DNA of 64,000 nucleotides from Strigamia acuminata (Eukaryota): NCBI GenBank assembly GCA_949358305.1, contig OX442314.1, positions 10,726,001 to 10,790,000 of the forward strand, read 5' to 3'. Shown piece by piece: positions 14,340 to 26,522 of this stretch (position 1 is its first letter; each line of letters starts with the position of its first letter). The notes under the pieces were generated by a model. It saw only the letters and a program-made list of their open reading frames with translations, ran no database searches and was not told where the DNA came from. The position numbers and the translations under genes were made by a program.

Positions 14340-15971
14340 TTATAATTCAATTAGTGGCACTGGTTTCTTGCACCTATATTCGCAATACCACTTTTCATCC
14401 TCTCTAACATCACTACTGTCCTTGAGACATCCTTTATGAAACCACTCTTCACATTTATCGCATTGCACCATTTCCGGACCTCCGTATGGTTTACGGCACG
14501 AGCAATGTACAATTTTTTTCCGGACGGTTGCTAAAACTTTTAAGTCGCAATTTTTAACTGTTGGAAATGTAGTGACAGATTGATTATCGATGCAATTAAC
14601 TAAATGTGTTCGCAACTGAGTATGGTTTAGTTGCACTACTCCTGGGTTTGACCCTTCGCAAGCTAAATGGGCATTTGCTATGGCGTGCAACCCGCAGTCA
14701 CCATTAATTTGTTTAGTTACTTTGATTAACCTAAAGTTGATCAGTTTACATGGGTGATTCTTAAATTGCAAGCTTACCAGTGATACTACCTTTGGTGGGA
14801 GTGAGAGGATATTTAGGCTATTATATACATCTAAATCGATGGCTCGTTGAGTAAAATATCCCGCGACCGTGATAAAATGATTCCCAATGTTTAACATTTG
14901 AACGAAAATGCCTTCATTGGGTAACATGTCAAGGATATACGGGACATCTAATGGAAGGTTTGCGTTCCCGAATCGATGTAAGTTTACCAAACCGACTATG
15001 TCTGGATATTGTTGTTTCAATAACAATGATGAGTGATTTAAAACCTCTTGGTTTAGCCAGAGATGGTCCGTAATCGTTCTCTTATCTGCCATTGTCAGGT
15101 TTGCTATCCATACAGGCTCTGATGGATCAGTTATTAGATTCAAATCGTGATCGTCTGGCAATTCCTCGAAACGGATATTATTGTCTTCTACTGACGGGTG
15201 ATTATCTGTGGGTGTTTTAAGAGTTAACTGCAATGGTTTAAATTTCTTACTTTGTAACGATGGTTTTGGAAAAGTCCGTTTTAGTCCAATTGCCGTTTTA
15301 CTGCTCCCTTTTGGCCGTCCACGAGGTTTAAAGGATATAGGTGGTTTGATATATTTGCGCAGTGATGCGAGCACATCAGAATGTTTATCGTCTCTAGTGT
15401 CCATTTCATCACGAGTGTCCTCTTGATTGACTGCGGCACTCATCTCGTCACCCATCTCGTCGCAAAAATCTTTTTGATCGACTGCGGCACCCATCTCGTC
15501 GCAAAAATCTTTTTGATCGACTGCGGCACCCATCTCGTCACCCATCTCGTCGCAAAAATCTTTTTGATCGACTGCGGCACCCATCCTGTCACCCATCTCG
15601 TCGCAAAAATTTTCTTGATCGACTGCGACACCCATCTCGTCACCCATCTCGTCGCAAAAATCTTCTTGATCGACTGTGGCACCCATCTCGTCACGAACAT
15701 CCTCTTGAACCTCTCTGGCACCCATCTCGTTATCGTCATCGCCTCTCACGTCTTCTTCAGCGACTATCTCAACAATCTTAAAAGCCTCCTTGCTCGCAAA
15801 CCGTTTTGTCAGATCAACAATCATTGTTTTGGCTTTCACGTACTCATCCATTCCAAGTAAAGATAAGATATCGGCCATTCGTTTCAGCTCGATCATAACA
15901 TCTGTAAATTTCTCACTTGCGCTCAAACATTTCCTGGAAGGCTTGGTAATTTTTGTAACAACACAGCCCAA
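14340..15971 (-). pseudogene. 5'-truncated transposon ORF: acidic repeats, AT-hook, Ulp1/C48-like protease, PHD finger
   Basis: KPRGRPK AT-hook; WLNQEVL, NHFIT, YNSL, QINGDCGLHAIA (Ulp1-like His and Cys motifs); C-terminal CSC..MVQCDKCEEWFHKGC..WYCEYRC PHD; N-terminus cut at the fusion junction. Confidence 0.75.
15420..15735 (-). repeat. 51-bp (17-aa) coding tandem repeat DEMGDEMGAAVDQKDFC
   Basis: Visible in both DNA and translation, about 6 imperfect copies. Confidence 0.9.
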
Positions 15972-15983
15972 AAAGTCTTTAGG

Positions 15984-16149
15984 ATTTTGTTTTGTTAACT
16001 CAAATGACGTCAGTTATTGCATAAGGTGTTTTTCGTTTAATTGCTTGGACGACTACGGTGCTTTTCCAGACCAATTCAAGATGATGTTGATGTCGACCGG
16101 TTATAGTCAAGAAGAAATAGCAGATATAATGGAAACATATTTTGATTAA
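15984..16149 (+). pseudogene. 3' remnant of a family copy (B')
   Basis: FCFVNSNDVSYCIRCFSFNC...MMLMSTGYSQEEIADIMETYFD* is nearly identical to the end of copy B; downstream UTR also matches 22112-22335. Confidence 0.9.
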
Positions 16150-16541
16150 ACAAATTTATTTTGTCGTGTTTCAAATTGTGCTTCAATTTAGCTTCAACTA
16201 TAAATTTACATGCTTGATTCTCGTTTTTCTTCTCTTTTGTTTGTTTATTCCCTTTAAATATTGCAATAGAATGGACTCGATCGACGAACGGAATGTCACC
16301 ATCTTCAACGACCAAGGTTATATTAATTAATTAATTTTTATTACTTATCTAAATTATTTACCGGTACTTCTTTTTTCAACAGAAACCTCAAACGTGGTCA
16401 AACGTCCATTTTTTCAATCCACAGCCACTAGCCTTTTTTTGGTCAAAGAAGCAAATTTCTCAATAACTTTTTTTTTATATTGTAACGTCTAAAATAAAAG
16501 AAAAACCTCAATTGTTGAGTGTTATTGCCTATAATTATTAA

Positions 16542-16695
16542 CACTAGAACGGCTGGAATTTCCCCCTACCTAGAATGGCTAAAATATTAGAATTATAAAA
16601 ACAAATAAATTTAAACAAATAACTGTTAAAATTAATAGAAATCTGAAAAAAATATCAGGTATTTAGGTTTATTGCTGATTAAACTCATTATAGAT
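16542..16695. mobile_element. Left end of piggyBac-like MITE preceding the satellite
   Basis: TTAA then CACTAGAACGGC, the same terminus as the element at 53969; the paralogous site near 22333 lacks it. Right end not found. Confidence 0.6.
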
Positions 16696-18913
16696 AAAAA
16701 TTCAACTTTTTAGACTAAAAATTCAACTTTCTAGACTAAAAATTCAACTTTTTAGACTAAAAATTCAACTTTTTAGACTAAAAATTCAACTTTTTAGACT
16801 AAAAATTCAACTTTTTAGACAAAAATTCAACTTTTTAGACTAAAAATTCAACTTTTTAGACTAAAAATTCAACTTTTTAGACAAAAATTCAACTTTTTAG
16901 ACTAAAAATTCAACTTTCTAGACTAAAAATTCAACTTTCTAGACTAAAAATTCAACTTTCTAGACTAAAAATTCAACTTTCTAGACTAAAAATTCAACTT
17001 TCTAGACTAAAAATTCAACTTTCTAGACTAAAAATTCAACTTTTTAGACTAAAAATTCAACTTTCTAGACTAAAAATTCAACTTTTTAGACTAAAAATTC
17101 AACTTTCTAGACTAAAAATTCAACTTTTTAGACTAAAAATTCAACTTTCTAGACTAAAAATTCAACTTTTTAGACTAAAAATTCAACTTTCTAGACTAAA
17201 AATTCAACTTTTTAGACTAAAAATTCAACTTTCTAGACTAAAAATTCAACTTTTTAGACCAAAAATTCAACTTTCTAGACTAAAAATTCAACTTTTTAGA
17301 CCAAAAATTCAACTTTCTAGACTAAAAATTCAACTTTCTAGACCAAAAATTCAACTTTCTAGACTAAAAATTCAACTTTCTAGACCAAAAATTCAACTTT
17401 TTAGACTAAAAATTCAACTTTCTAGACCAAAAATTCAACTTTTTAGACTAAAAATTCAACTTTCTAGACCAAAAATTCAACTTTTTAGACTAAAAATTCA
17501 ACTTTCTAGACCAAAAATTCAACTTTTTAGACTAAAAATTCAACTTTCTAGACCAAAAATTCAACTTTTTAGACTAAAAATTCAACTTTCTAGACCAAAA
17601 ATTCAACTTTTTAGACTAAAAATTCAACTTTCTAGACCAAAAATTCAACTTTTTAGACTAAAAATTCAACTTTCTAGACCAAAAATTCAACTTTTTAGAC
17701 TAAAAATTCAACTTTCTAGACCAAAAATTCAACTTTTTAGACTAAAAATTCAACTTTCTAGACCAAAAATTCAACTTTTTAGACTAAAAATTCAACTTTC
17801 TAGACCAAAAATTCAACTTTTTAGACTAAAAATTCAACTTTTTAGACCAAAAATTCAACTTTTTAGACTAAAAATTCAACTTTTTAGACTAAAAATTCAA
17901 CTTTTTAGACTAAAAATTCAACTTTTTAGACTAAAAATTCAACTTTTTAGACTAAAAATTCAACTTTTTAGACTAAAAATTCAACTTTCTAGACTAAAAA
18001 TTCAACTTTTTAGACTAAAAATTCAACTTTCTAGACTAAAAATTCAACTTTTTAGACTAAAAATTCAACTTTCTAGACCAAAAATTCAACTTTTTAGACT
18101 AAAAATTCAACTTTCTAGACCAAAAATTCAACTTTTTAGACTAAAAATTCAACTTTCTAGACCAAAAATTCAACTTTTTAGACTAAAAATTCAACTTTCT
18201 AGACCAAAAATTCAACTTTTTAGACTAAAAATTCAACTTTCTAGACCAAAAATTCAACTTTTTAGACTAAAAATTCAACTTTCTAGACCAAAAATTCAAC
18301 TTTTTAGACTAAAAATTCAACTTTCTAGACCAAAAATTCAACTTTTTAGACTAAAAATTCAACTTTCTAGACCAAAAATTCAACTTTTTAGACCAAAAAT
18401 TCAACTTTTTCGACCAAAAATTCAACTTTTTAGACCAAAAATTCAACTTTTTCGACCAAAAATTCAACTTTTTAGACCAAAAATTCAACTTTTTCGACCA
18501 AAAATTCAACTTTTTAGACCAAAAATTCAACTTTTTCGACCAAAAATTCAACTTTTTAGACCAAAAATTCAACTTTTTCGACTAAAAATTCAACTTTTTA
18601 GACCAAAAATTCAACTTTTTCGACTAAAAATTCAACTTTTTAGACCAAAAATTCAACTTTTTCGACTAAAAATTCAACTTTTTAGACCAAAAATTCAACT
18701 TTTTCGACTAAAAATTCAACTTTTTAGACCAAAAATTCAACTTTTTCGACTAAAAATTCAACTTTTTCGACCAAAAATTCAACTTTTTCGACTAAAAATT
18801 CAACTTTTTCGACCAAAAATTCAACTTTTTCGACTAAAAATTCAACTTTTTCGACCAAAAATTCAACTTTTTCGACTAAAAATTCAACTTTTTCGACTAA
18901 AAATTCAACTTTT
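16696..18913. repeat. 21-bp satellite, about 105 copies
   Basis: Unit AAAAATTCAACTTT[TC]T[AC]GAC[TC]; head-to-tail with no spacers; 42-bp alternating dimer in the middle. Confidence 0.97.
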
Positions 18914-20101
18914 CATCGTGAGCGCGCATGATTTGATGCGCACAAAACTCGCAAAACTTGCACCGAATTTTGGCAATTTTTGACAAATTCCCACAGATTT
19001 TTGCCAATATGTGACAATTTTCAGACGAATTTCAATTAATTTTAGAAATTTTTGAGAAATTTTAACAAATGTTTGAAGAATTTTTTATGTCCGACAAATT
19101 TCAGCACATTTTCAGCGTTTTTTCTGCAATTTGTCCAGAAATGTCGACACATTTAAAAATCCGCTGAAAAACTGCTAAAAATCTGCTGAAATTTGACAAA
19201 CATATTGTTGGACAGATTGATGGCAATGTATGTTCTTACCGTATATTTATTTTACTTCACATGAAGCTTTATTCAATTTATTGTGTTAAATACCCTCGAT
19301 AAATAGTTTCAACGTCTTTAAATGATAATTCTAATACAGTGAAACCTATGATTTCCACAATGGATTTGGTAACGGCGACTAATAAAATGTTTTCGTCACA
19401 TCATGTAAATAAAATGCAAACAACTACCGATAGGTTTAGTTTGCTTCGAGATCAGTCGGTGGCGGAGCCCTGTGTTCATTTTTTGAGTTACCACCAGTCC
19501 AGGCGCGTATAGTGCAAATTGCAAATAGTTTAACTTGTTTATATCTGTTCTCTTTAGTGATTTTATCCAATTGATAAAAAAATAAAAACATATTTTTTAT
19601 GTAATAAGGTATCATTATCATGAATATGCAAGTACAGTATAAGTATAAAGGTTGAATGAAATGAAGTATTAGTAGGTGCACTACTCACGCCTGGTCTGGC
19701 TGGAGTTGTAAGAATCTGCGCGATCGTGAGCGTTAGTTACCTCAACTTTATATTTACAATAGTGACGTTTAAAGTATGTGCGAGTCAAGATTATTAGTGT
19801 GAATTATTAATGAATGTATCTGTTTGAATTCCAGAACGCACCACGGATTGTAAATAACGATCAATGACTAAACTCACTCATTTTTGTACCACGCATTACG
19901 AGACAGGTCTGTAAAATCACGTGAGATTTATGTAGCCATCTCGCCTAGTTCAAATTTTAATATTAACACCTTCCTATAAATAACTCATTTTGTTAACAGA
20001 CTCCAAATGATGACCAGGAAAACGATCATGCATGCCCGGTGCAGCTGTGGCGATCAGTAATGGGCTAGTAATCTGTGGAAACGAATATATGCTTCCAGAA
20101 A

Positions 20102-22111
20102 ATGAGCACCATTTTAGACTTGCCCAGTTTAACACACATTTCACTCGTCGAAACTTCGGTTATGCTGTGGAAATGTAATTTCAAAAGTCAAAATAAGTGC
20201 ATGAAAATCACTACAAACGGTGGTACGAAGCAATGGTTAGACACTAAAAATGCTGTTTGTGATCTAGCGAATGCTTGTATTATTCCTAACCAACTAAAAC
20301 CAATGCTGAGATCATTGATACGGCATGTCGGAGATCAGTTGTGGGATTTGCTACAATTCTTAGTTTCACAAGTTTTTACTGGTGTCAACTTTCTCAACGT
20401 AAAACTTATAGACTCCATAATCCAATGCACTCAATGGACAATATTTGGGCAATTAAACGTGACTAAAACGGCACAATTACTTTCAAAATTACAAGATTGG
20501 TCAATGAAATCCAGATTCGACGTTGCCATCGTGTGTTGCATCGCAGATGTCGTCGAGGATATTTGGAAGAAAAATGCCAACGTTTTGAAAAAAAGTTTTG
20601 ACGAACAACGGGAATTAAACTTGAAACTCATTATGTATAAATATTGGATGAGGGTGAAAAAGGACTCTTCGCAGATCACTTTCGACACGAAAGTTGAGAT
20701 GTTTTCCCTGTTCATAGACCACAAAAACCAATGTGCAGTGGAATACTTCTGGTCACTCATGACCCTGGACGAAAGAAATGCACTCATCATGTTGCTGGTG
20801 CAACGCCAAAGTAAATTGGAGGACTTGATTAAACATCACGAGACTGAAAACCACAGCTGGGATTGTTTCTGCACTTTCGAGGTTGGCATCATGAACTTCC
20901 TACTTGGTGAAATGGACGAGCAACAAATTAGGACCGTTTTGTCTTCGGACTACGGATTGAAACCTGTCCTGCCTTTGCTGAGGTATTTCAAGCAACTTCA
21001 TTCATTCAAGCCCACGTGGAGCCGCATTTTAAATCTATTCGCATCAGGTGATGACTTTTATGACATGATGCGCAAAACCATTCAACCTCAATGTTACCAA
21101 GAAGAAGAATATTTGGTTGGTTTCTGGAAAAATTCTCCTACCGACATGAAGAAATGTCATTACGACCATAAATATTCCAACATCTATGCCTATCTATACG
21201 ATGCACAAGATGTGGATAACCTTGACTTATTGCTGAACAACGCCAGTATCAAACACAGAAGAAGGGTTTTGTCCAGATTTTCTACCGGTCCTTGCGCTTT
21301 TGAATGGGATCTTCTGGAGTTGCTTGCAAAAAAATATATAAGAACGAAGGAAGAAATGAGTACCTTTAAAATGCATTGTTCATACTTTGCGTTCTACTGT
21401 GGTGCCATGTTGATTGAACACGAAGTTGATATGAACAGGTGGGATGAAACCACGCTTGACAGATATTTGACTTTTTCTTTCTCAAATGCAAATGACAGGA
21501 GCAAGCTTAAAAAATCAATTCTTATTAATTACTTCACAAACGATCAAGAGGGAGGCCAATTTATCGACAGATTGCTAAAATGCCTACCTAAAACTGTTTC
21601 CGAAGGAATAAATAACACGGTTGTGTCCGACATAGAAGAAAGTTTGTCTTCACTGTCGTCCTATTTCCAGATAAACTTGCGGAGGACTGCATTGTTCAAC
21701 AACATGACTGCTCGAAACGTAATAAAAAAGGTTGCGATTTGTTTTTACAAAATCTCTAAAATTATCGATGCTCGTGAAGCTGGAAAGTTGGATAGGGAGT
21801 TATTGGAAGTTATTAGTCGAACAAATATTTCACCGGACGACGAAATTGTCGTGTTCAAGGAATTTTGCTGTTGTCTTGCATACAAAGTGTGTGGGCAGCA
21901 TAACGTCAGACACCGTAATCAGTCAATAGTGGAAAATTTTGTGAATTTTTGTTTTGTCAACTCAAAGGACGTCAGTTATTGCATCAGATGCTTTTCGTTT
22001 AATTGCTTCGAAAAAGACGGTGCTTTTCCAGACCAACTCAAGATGATGTTGATGTCGACAGGTTATAGTCAAGAAGAAATAACGGATATAATGGAAACTT
22101 ATTTGGATTAA
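20102..22111 (+). CDS. Tandem family copy B, 669 aa from ATG
   Basis: MSTILDLPSLTHISL start aligns with paralog starts; all family motifs present. Confidence 0.9.
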   Translation: MSTILDLPSLTHISLVETSVMLWKCNFKSQNKCMKITTNGGTKQWLDTKNAVCDLANACIIPNQLKPMLRSLIRHVGDQLWDLLQFLVSQVFTGVNFLNVKLIDSIIQCTQWTIFGQLNVTKTAQLLSKLQDWSMKSRFDVAIVCCIADVVEDIWKKNANVLKKSFDEQRELNLKLIMYKYWMRVKKDSSQITFDTKVEMFSLFIDHKNQCAVEYFWSLMTLDERNALIMLLVQRQSKLEDLIKHHETENHSWDCFCTFEVGIMNFLLGEMDEQQIRTVLSSDYGLKPVLPLLRYFKQLHSFKPTWSRILNLFASGDDFYDMMRKTIQPQCYQEEEYLVGFWKNSPTDMKKCHYDHKYSNIYAYLYDAQDVDNLDLLLNNASIKHRRRVLSRFSTGPCAFEWDLLELLAKKYIRTKEEMSTFKMHCSYFAFYCGAMLIEHEVDMNRWDETTLDRYLTFSFSNANDRSKLKKSILINYFTNDQEGGQFIDRLLKCLPKTVSEGINNTVVSDIEESLSSLSSYFQINLRRTALFNNMTARNVIKKVAICFYKISKIIDAREAGKLDRELLEVISRTNISPDDEIVVFKEFCCCLAYKVCGQHNVRHRNQSIVENFVNFCFVNSKDVSYCIRCFSFNCFEKDGAFPDQLKMMLMSTGYSQEEITDIMETYLD

Positions 22112-23050
22112 ACAATAGAATGTCACCATCTTCATCGACCATGATTATATTAAATAATTTTTATTAGTTATCCGAATTATTTACCGGTCAAACGGCTATT
22201 TTTTCAATCCACAGCCACCAGCCTTTGTTTGGTCGAAAACGCAAATTTTAAATTTCTCAAAACAATTTTTTTTTATATTGTAATCTCTAAAATAAAAATA
22301 AAACCTCATTTGTTGAGTGTTATTGCCTAATTATTAAACTATAAATAATAATTTTAAAAAAGTAAAATAATAAAATAACATTGCATTGAAAGCAAATCTT
22401 GAATTAAAATGAATAAATAAGTTAATGAATAAAATTCAAATTTTAAACAGTTTTCAAACCATAAAAGATGATCTCAAAATTTGGTCACGCCAACATTAAA
22501 GATTGACCAATCAGGAAGAAGTGCGCATCGCACACAGATCAGACAAAGTAATCACATTCATTGTTATTATACTACTACTTTGCATTCTGCTTAGTTATAA
22601 TAAATTGATAAAAATTGATATAATTCAAAATAATGTCAAATATTATAAAAAATTCCAGAATGTTTTCCTTGTAAAAACGAATTTTGTGCAAATGAAGTAC
22701 AAAATCGAGTTTGGCGCCATCTGTTGCCCAAGATGGAGCGATGTGATTGGCCAATTGTCTACAATTATTTTCCTCCATCATCGCCATCTTACAACGCACG
22801 CCACCCTGAACCAAAACCCAAAAAGCCAAACCAATTCCAAACCACTTGTGAATACACCATGACCCACCATCCCCACACAAGCAAACTAGAACCAGAATCC
22901 TAACAATCCTTTTCACGTTTCAGGCCATCTTCAATGCAACACAAGTGCAGCAAAATCCGGATGAATTTCAAAAAGTAAGTATCTATCATACATTTATCAA
23001 AAAATAAATTAAATAACCACTTTACCTCCATTCTTATCCAGATAAAAACA

Positions 23051-23094
23051 ATGGAAGTGCCTCTACACACCGTGTAGAGGCACTAATGCACTAA
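23051..23094 (+). promoter_or_regulatory. 5'-leader uORFs and perfect 13-bp hairpin before the MPEG1-like ATG
   Basis: AGTGCCTCTACAC-acc-GTGTAGAGGCACT at 23056-23084; uORF MEVPLHTV* 23051-23077; ATG-CAC-TAA overlapping the main ATG; putative UTR intron 22975-23041. Confidence 0.4.
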
Positions 23095-25502
23095 TGCCAA
23101 TAATCCCAATGCAACTGTGGCTGTTTCTCCTTTTACTCGTGGCAAATGGCGACACACAAAAGGTCACCCCGCCAGTGGGCGACAGCATGGCCAAACTCAA
23201 CGTACTTCCGGGCCGCGGCTTCGACTCACTCACAAACATGGACACCCAATTCATATCGGACGTGAGTTTCAAGTACTATCACAAAACCCCGGACGAGAGA
23301 TTCATGATTCCGAGCGGATTCATCGTGAGTCTCAAACAAGATTTCGAAATCCGAGTGGACGTGTTCTCGCATTACACGGAATTTTTCGCCGTCACAGCGC
23401 CCACGCTCAACGCGATTAAATGGCAGAACATAATGAACAACGAGGAAACGGCTTACCAGATCGACGGCTCGTTCTCGAAGCGTTATAAGCGCGCGAAACG
23501 GTTGTATTTAGACGACCAGTTGTCGACCATTCGCACGACCGCGCGCTTCACGCTCTACAAGATTTTCATGTACAAAGACCACAAACTACATCCGGAGATC
23601 TTGAACCGGATTCAGAAGATAATCGACGAACTTATGGTGGATAATTTCGCCGGTGCTATCCGCTTGGCGGATAAAATAATTCGGGAATTCGGCACGAGGC
23701 ATATTTCGAGCATCGACGTTGGCGGTTTATTTGTGCGGGAGGAGTTTTTGAATAAGTCGTTTGTGCGGGACTATCGTGACGTGATTGCGTCGAATGCGAT
23801 TCGCTCTTTTCTGGATTTTGTGAGCGATGATTGGCCGACGGAATACGGCGGCGCGTATTTAAACGGGCTCAAGTGGAATTCCGGGGAGAGGAATAGATAC
23901 ACGGCGCACCGGGATAGTGCGGATACGTATGTGGTCGGTGGCACTCATATTCTCAACTTGAAGAGGTGGATGGTGACTGTGCGTGATAATTTGGCGATTA
24001 TTGATAGAGATGGAGAAGAGCTGTATAAAACTATTCTTACTTCGGGATTACAGTCGGGATATTTTAAATCAAGCTGCAAAGATACTCAAATTTTCTCTAT
24101 CTAAATATTACCGGTAAGGAAAATAAATTAAAACACTGAATACCAAGTACCGGATAGTTATCGAATATTAGGGATATAGGGAATAGTATTTTTGCATCAA
24201 TTTAAATGGGGGAAATGACACCATTTGGTATTCGGTGGGCTGAAACCTGAATTTCTGCTGAATATTCGGTGCATTTATTTTTAAAAAAAAAAATATTTTT
24301 TATTTTTTTCGTCTTAAATTTTGGAGTTTTTAGGGTTTATTTTCTTGAATTTTGGAGTTTTTAGGGTTTATTTTCTTGAAATTTTGGGTTTTTTGTGGCT
24401 ATGCGGTTTTTTGCAGTTATGCAGTATTTGCTGTATTATGAGGTTTTTTACAGAAACTGCACCGCACTTGCCAAAAAAGAATAACTGCACAACCCTACTT
24501 TCAACTAATAAAAATGGCTGAACTTGGGCCAAAATATCATTATTAGGCCCATGAAAATTAATATGTAGGCAAAAATAAACAAAATTTGATGTATAAAATG
24601 GAAATAAATCGTAGATATTGGCTAAATACACTAGACTGCGAACTGAGGAATTGTGGGTAAGAAGCCCAGCACTAACAGAAACTGCTCTTGTTTTCATCCA
24701 TTGGCAGTGCGCAATCCAGTGTATATACTTAGGGACTATGGTTGTAAGTTGAAGCGTAGTGTAATGTTGATTTTCCATTTGTTTTCATTGCAGTCTGAAC
24801 AGCCACAAAGGCTGCTTTCGTATCCTCGATCCTGCAGTGGTGTTCGACGGCTCGGTGAACCTTCCAGTGAGGAGATCATGTGATAAATATTTCAAATCTC
24901 ACACTTTGGGAGGATTTTATCAGAATTGTGTTGTTGTAGATAAGTTGACGAGAGACTTATGCGCCGATTACAAATTCCCAAACATTCTAACCGGCAATGC
25001 CACTTGCCCCGTAGGACACGACGACGTTATGATATTTAAGAAAACTGTCAACTACACGTGTCCAAGCACTTTCGAGAACGCGCACCATTGCCTGGCCGTC
25101 ATCGAGACGCATTGGTGCAGCACGACCGAAGTGGTCACCAACGTGACTTACCGTTTCGGCGGAATGTACAGCACGTACGTGACCAATTTCCTCACCGGAA
25201 GCCGCAATTGTCCGCCCTACTTTCACCCGCTGCCCATCTTGGGCATCCAGATTTGCACGAGTTACCAGTACACCGATAAGGGCAGCGGCGGTATGCAGAA
25301 TATCCATTTGGGAGGGTTTATCGTTATTTGTACGAGTGAAGATCTTGTGCATTTACCCGCGTGTCCTATTGGGTATACTCGTCATTTTGCCTCGTTTTAC
25401 GAAAGTTGTGAGATTTTCTATTGCGCGCATTACGGCGCAAAGGCCAATAAGATAGAGTTGCAATTGCTCAAGCCGCCAACTTTTATTGAAGGTGGAACTT
25501 AA
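23094..25502 (+). CDS. MPEG1: MPEG1/perforin-2-like MACPF protein; exons 23094-24113 and 24794-25502; +1 frameshift near 24056; about 575 aa reconstructed
   Basis: Signal peptide; LNVLPGRGFDSLTNMD, TPDERFMIP, IDGSFS, EFGTRHISSIDVGG, NLAIIDRDGEEL; P2-type TLGGFYQNC, NILTGNATCPVG, FGGMYS..NFLTGSRNCPPYF, CPIGYTRH..CEIFYC; GTAAGG donor at 24114 and TTGCAG acceptor at 24793 join KYYR-LNSHKGC in frame; AATAAA at 25586. Confidence 0.85.
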
Positions 25503-26522
25503 AGTTGTCCGTAAAGTATTGCCGAAAAAATAGCAAGTGTTTGTTGTAAATTTATGTCTTTGATGTGGTTTGATGTACAAAACTGAATAAATTAAAAATG
25601 TGATCGGGTAAAATGTGTTTTATTTTGTTTGCGTAGTCCGGTTTGGTTTCATTTTATACTTGGGAGAAATCGGTGCCACAATCGTCGCTGTCCTCACAAT
25701 CGGCTAAAAATTCTTTATCAAAAAGCATTTATTTTACTACTTTTGTGCATAGAGAAATTGGTTTTAGAATTATAACTGTGTTTGCTTCCCTGTCAAGGTC
25801 CATTACACTTAAAATACCATTATTTCATGGCGCTGTTACCACAGTGTTTCTTGCATTTTCGTGTGAATAAATAATCAGTGTGTAATTCACCGTGTGCAAA
25901 TGCTCATTTCCGAATTTACGACTTTACAACATTCAATTTTTTACCAGTAAAAATAACGTACATGGCACAATGTCCAAATTTTTGTTAATTCTGCTGGAAT
26001 CACTTTTGGAGTGTTCGGCACTCCATTTTCTTTCATGTTAATTTGTGACGCTGCCCTTGACCATGAATAAACACTTATGCTAATTCTACACTGCCGACTG
26101 GTCACTTCCAAACTACATCCAGCTACAAATCCTTGCAATCCAATACAAATACAAGCACGAAACACATTTCAAATACTTGTCAAGACAGATAAACTTTTAT
26201 TAAATTTTAGTTGATTTCGGTGGAAATGATCGGCCAAGTTCTACTAAAAATAATTGTTCATTATTCCAGAAGAAATATATATACTTCGTTTTTTTAGTTT
26301 AATGAAAAGAAAATCTGATTTGGTTTACTAAGTGAATGAATTTAAAACAAAATGAAAAACATTTGAAATTTAAAATTAACAAAATAAGAGCACAGTATTT
26401 TTTATTATTATTATTAAAATTGTGTATCGGAATATAAATAAAATAAAAACATATTAACTGATTCCTTTTTTATATTTCCATCGTGGAAATAGCATTTCCG
26501 TTAAATTTTACACAACTTCAAA

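Larger units (their letters stand above)
14064..15983 (-). mobile_element. Truncated DNA transposon (MULE/Zisupton-like) with Ulp1-PHD ORF
   Basis: Interrupts at 14063 a spacer that is continuous at 19311-19395; starts with three 36-bp palindromic repeats (AACCTACAGAAATTCTGT..) and (TACA)n; other end fused to a family 3' fragment. Confidence 0.65.

Noticed and set aside
16696..18913. CRISPR array or protein (NFWSKKL)n
   Set aside because: Units are head-to-tail with no unique spacers, no cas genes, eukaryotic context; the ORF is a repeat artefact.
22503..22916. Overlapping 113-119 aa ORFs upstream of MPEG1
   Set aside because: AT-rich low-complexity frames in probable promoter or UTR with no motifs.
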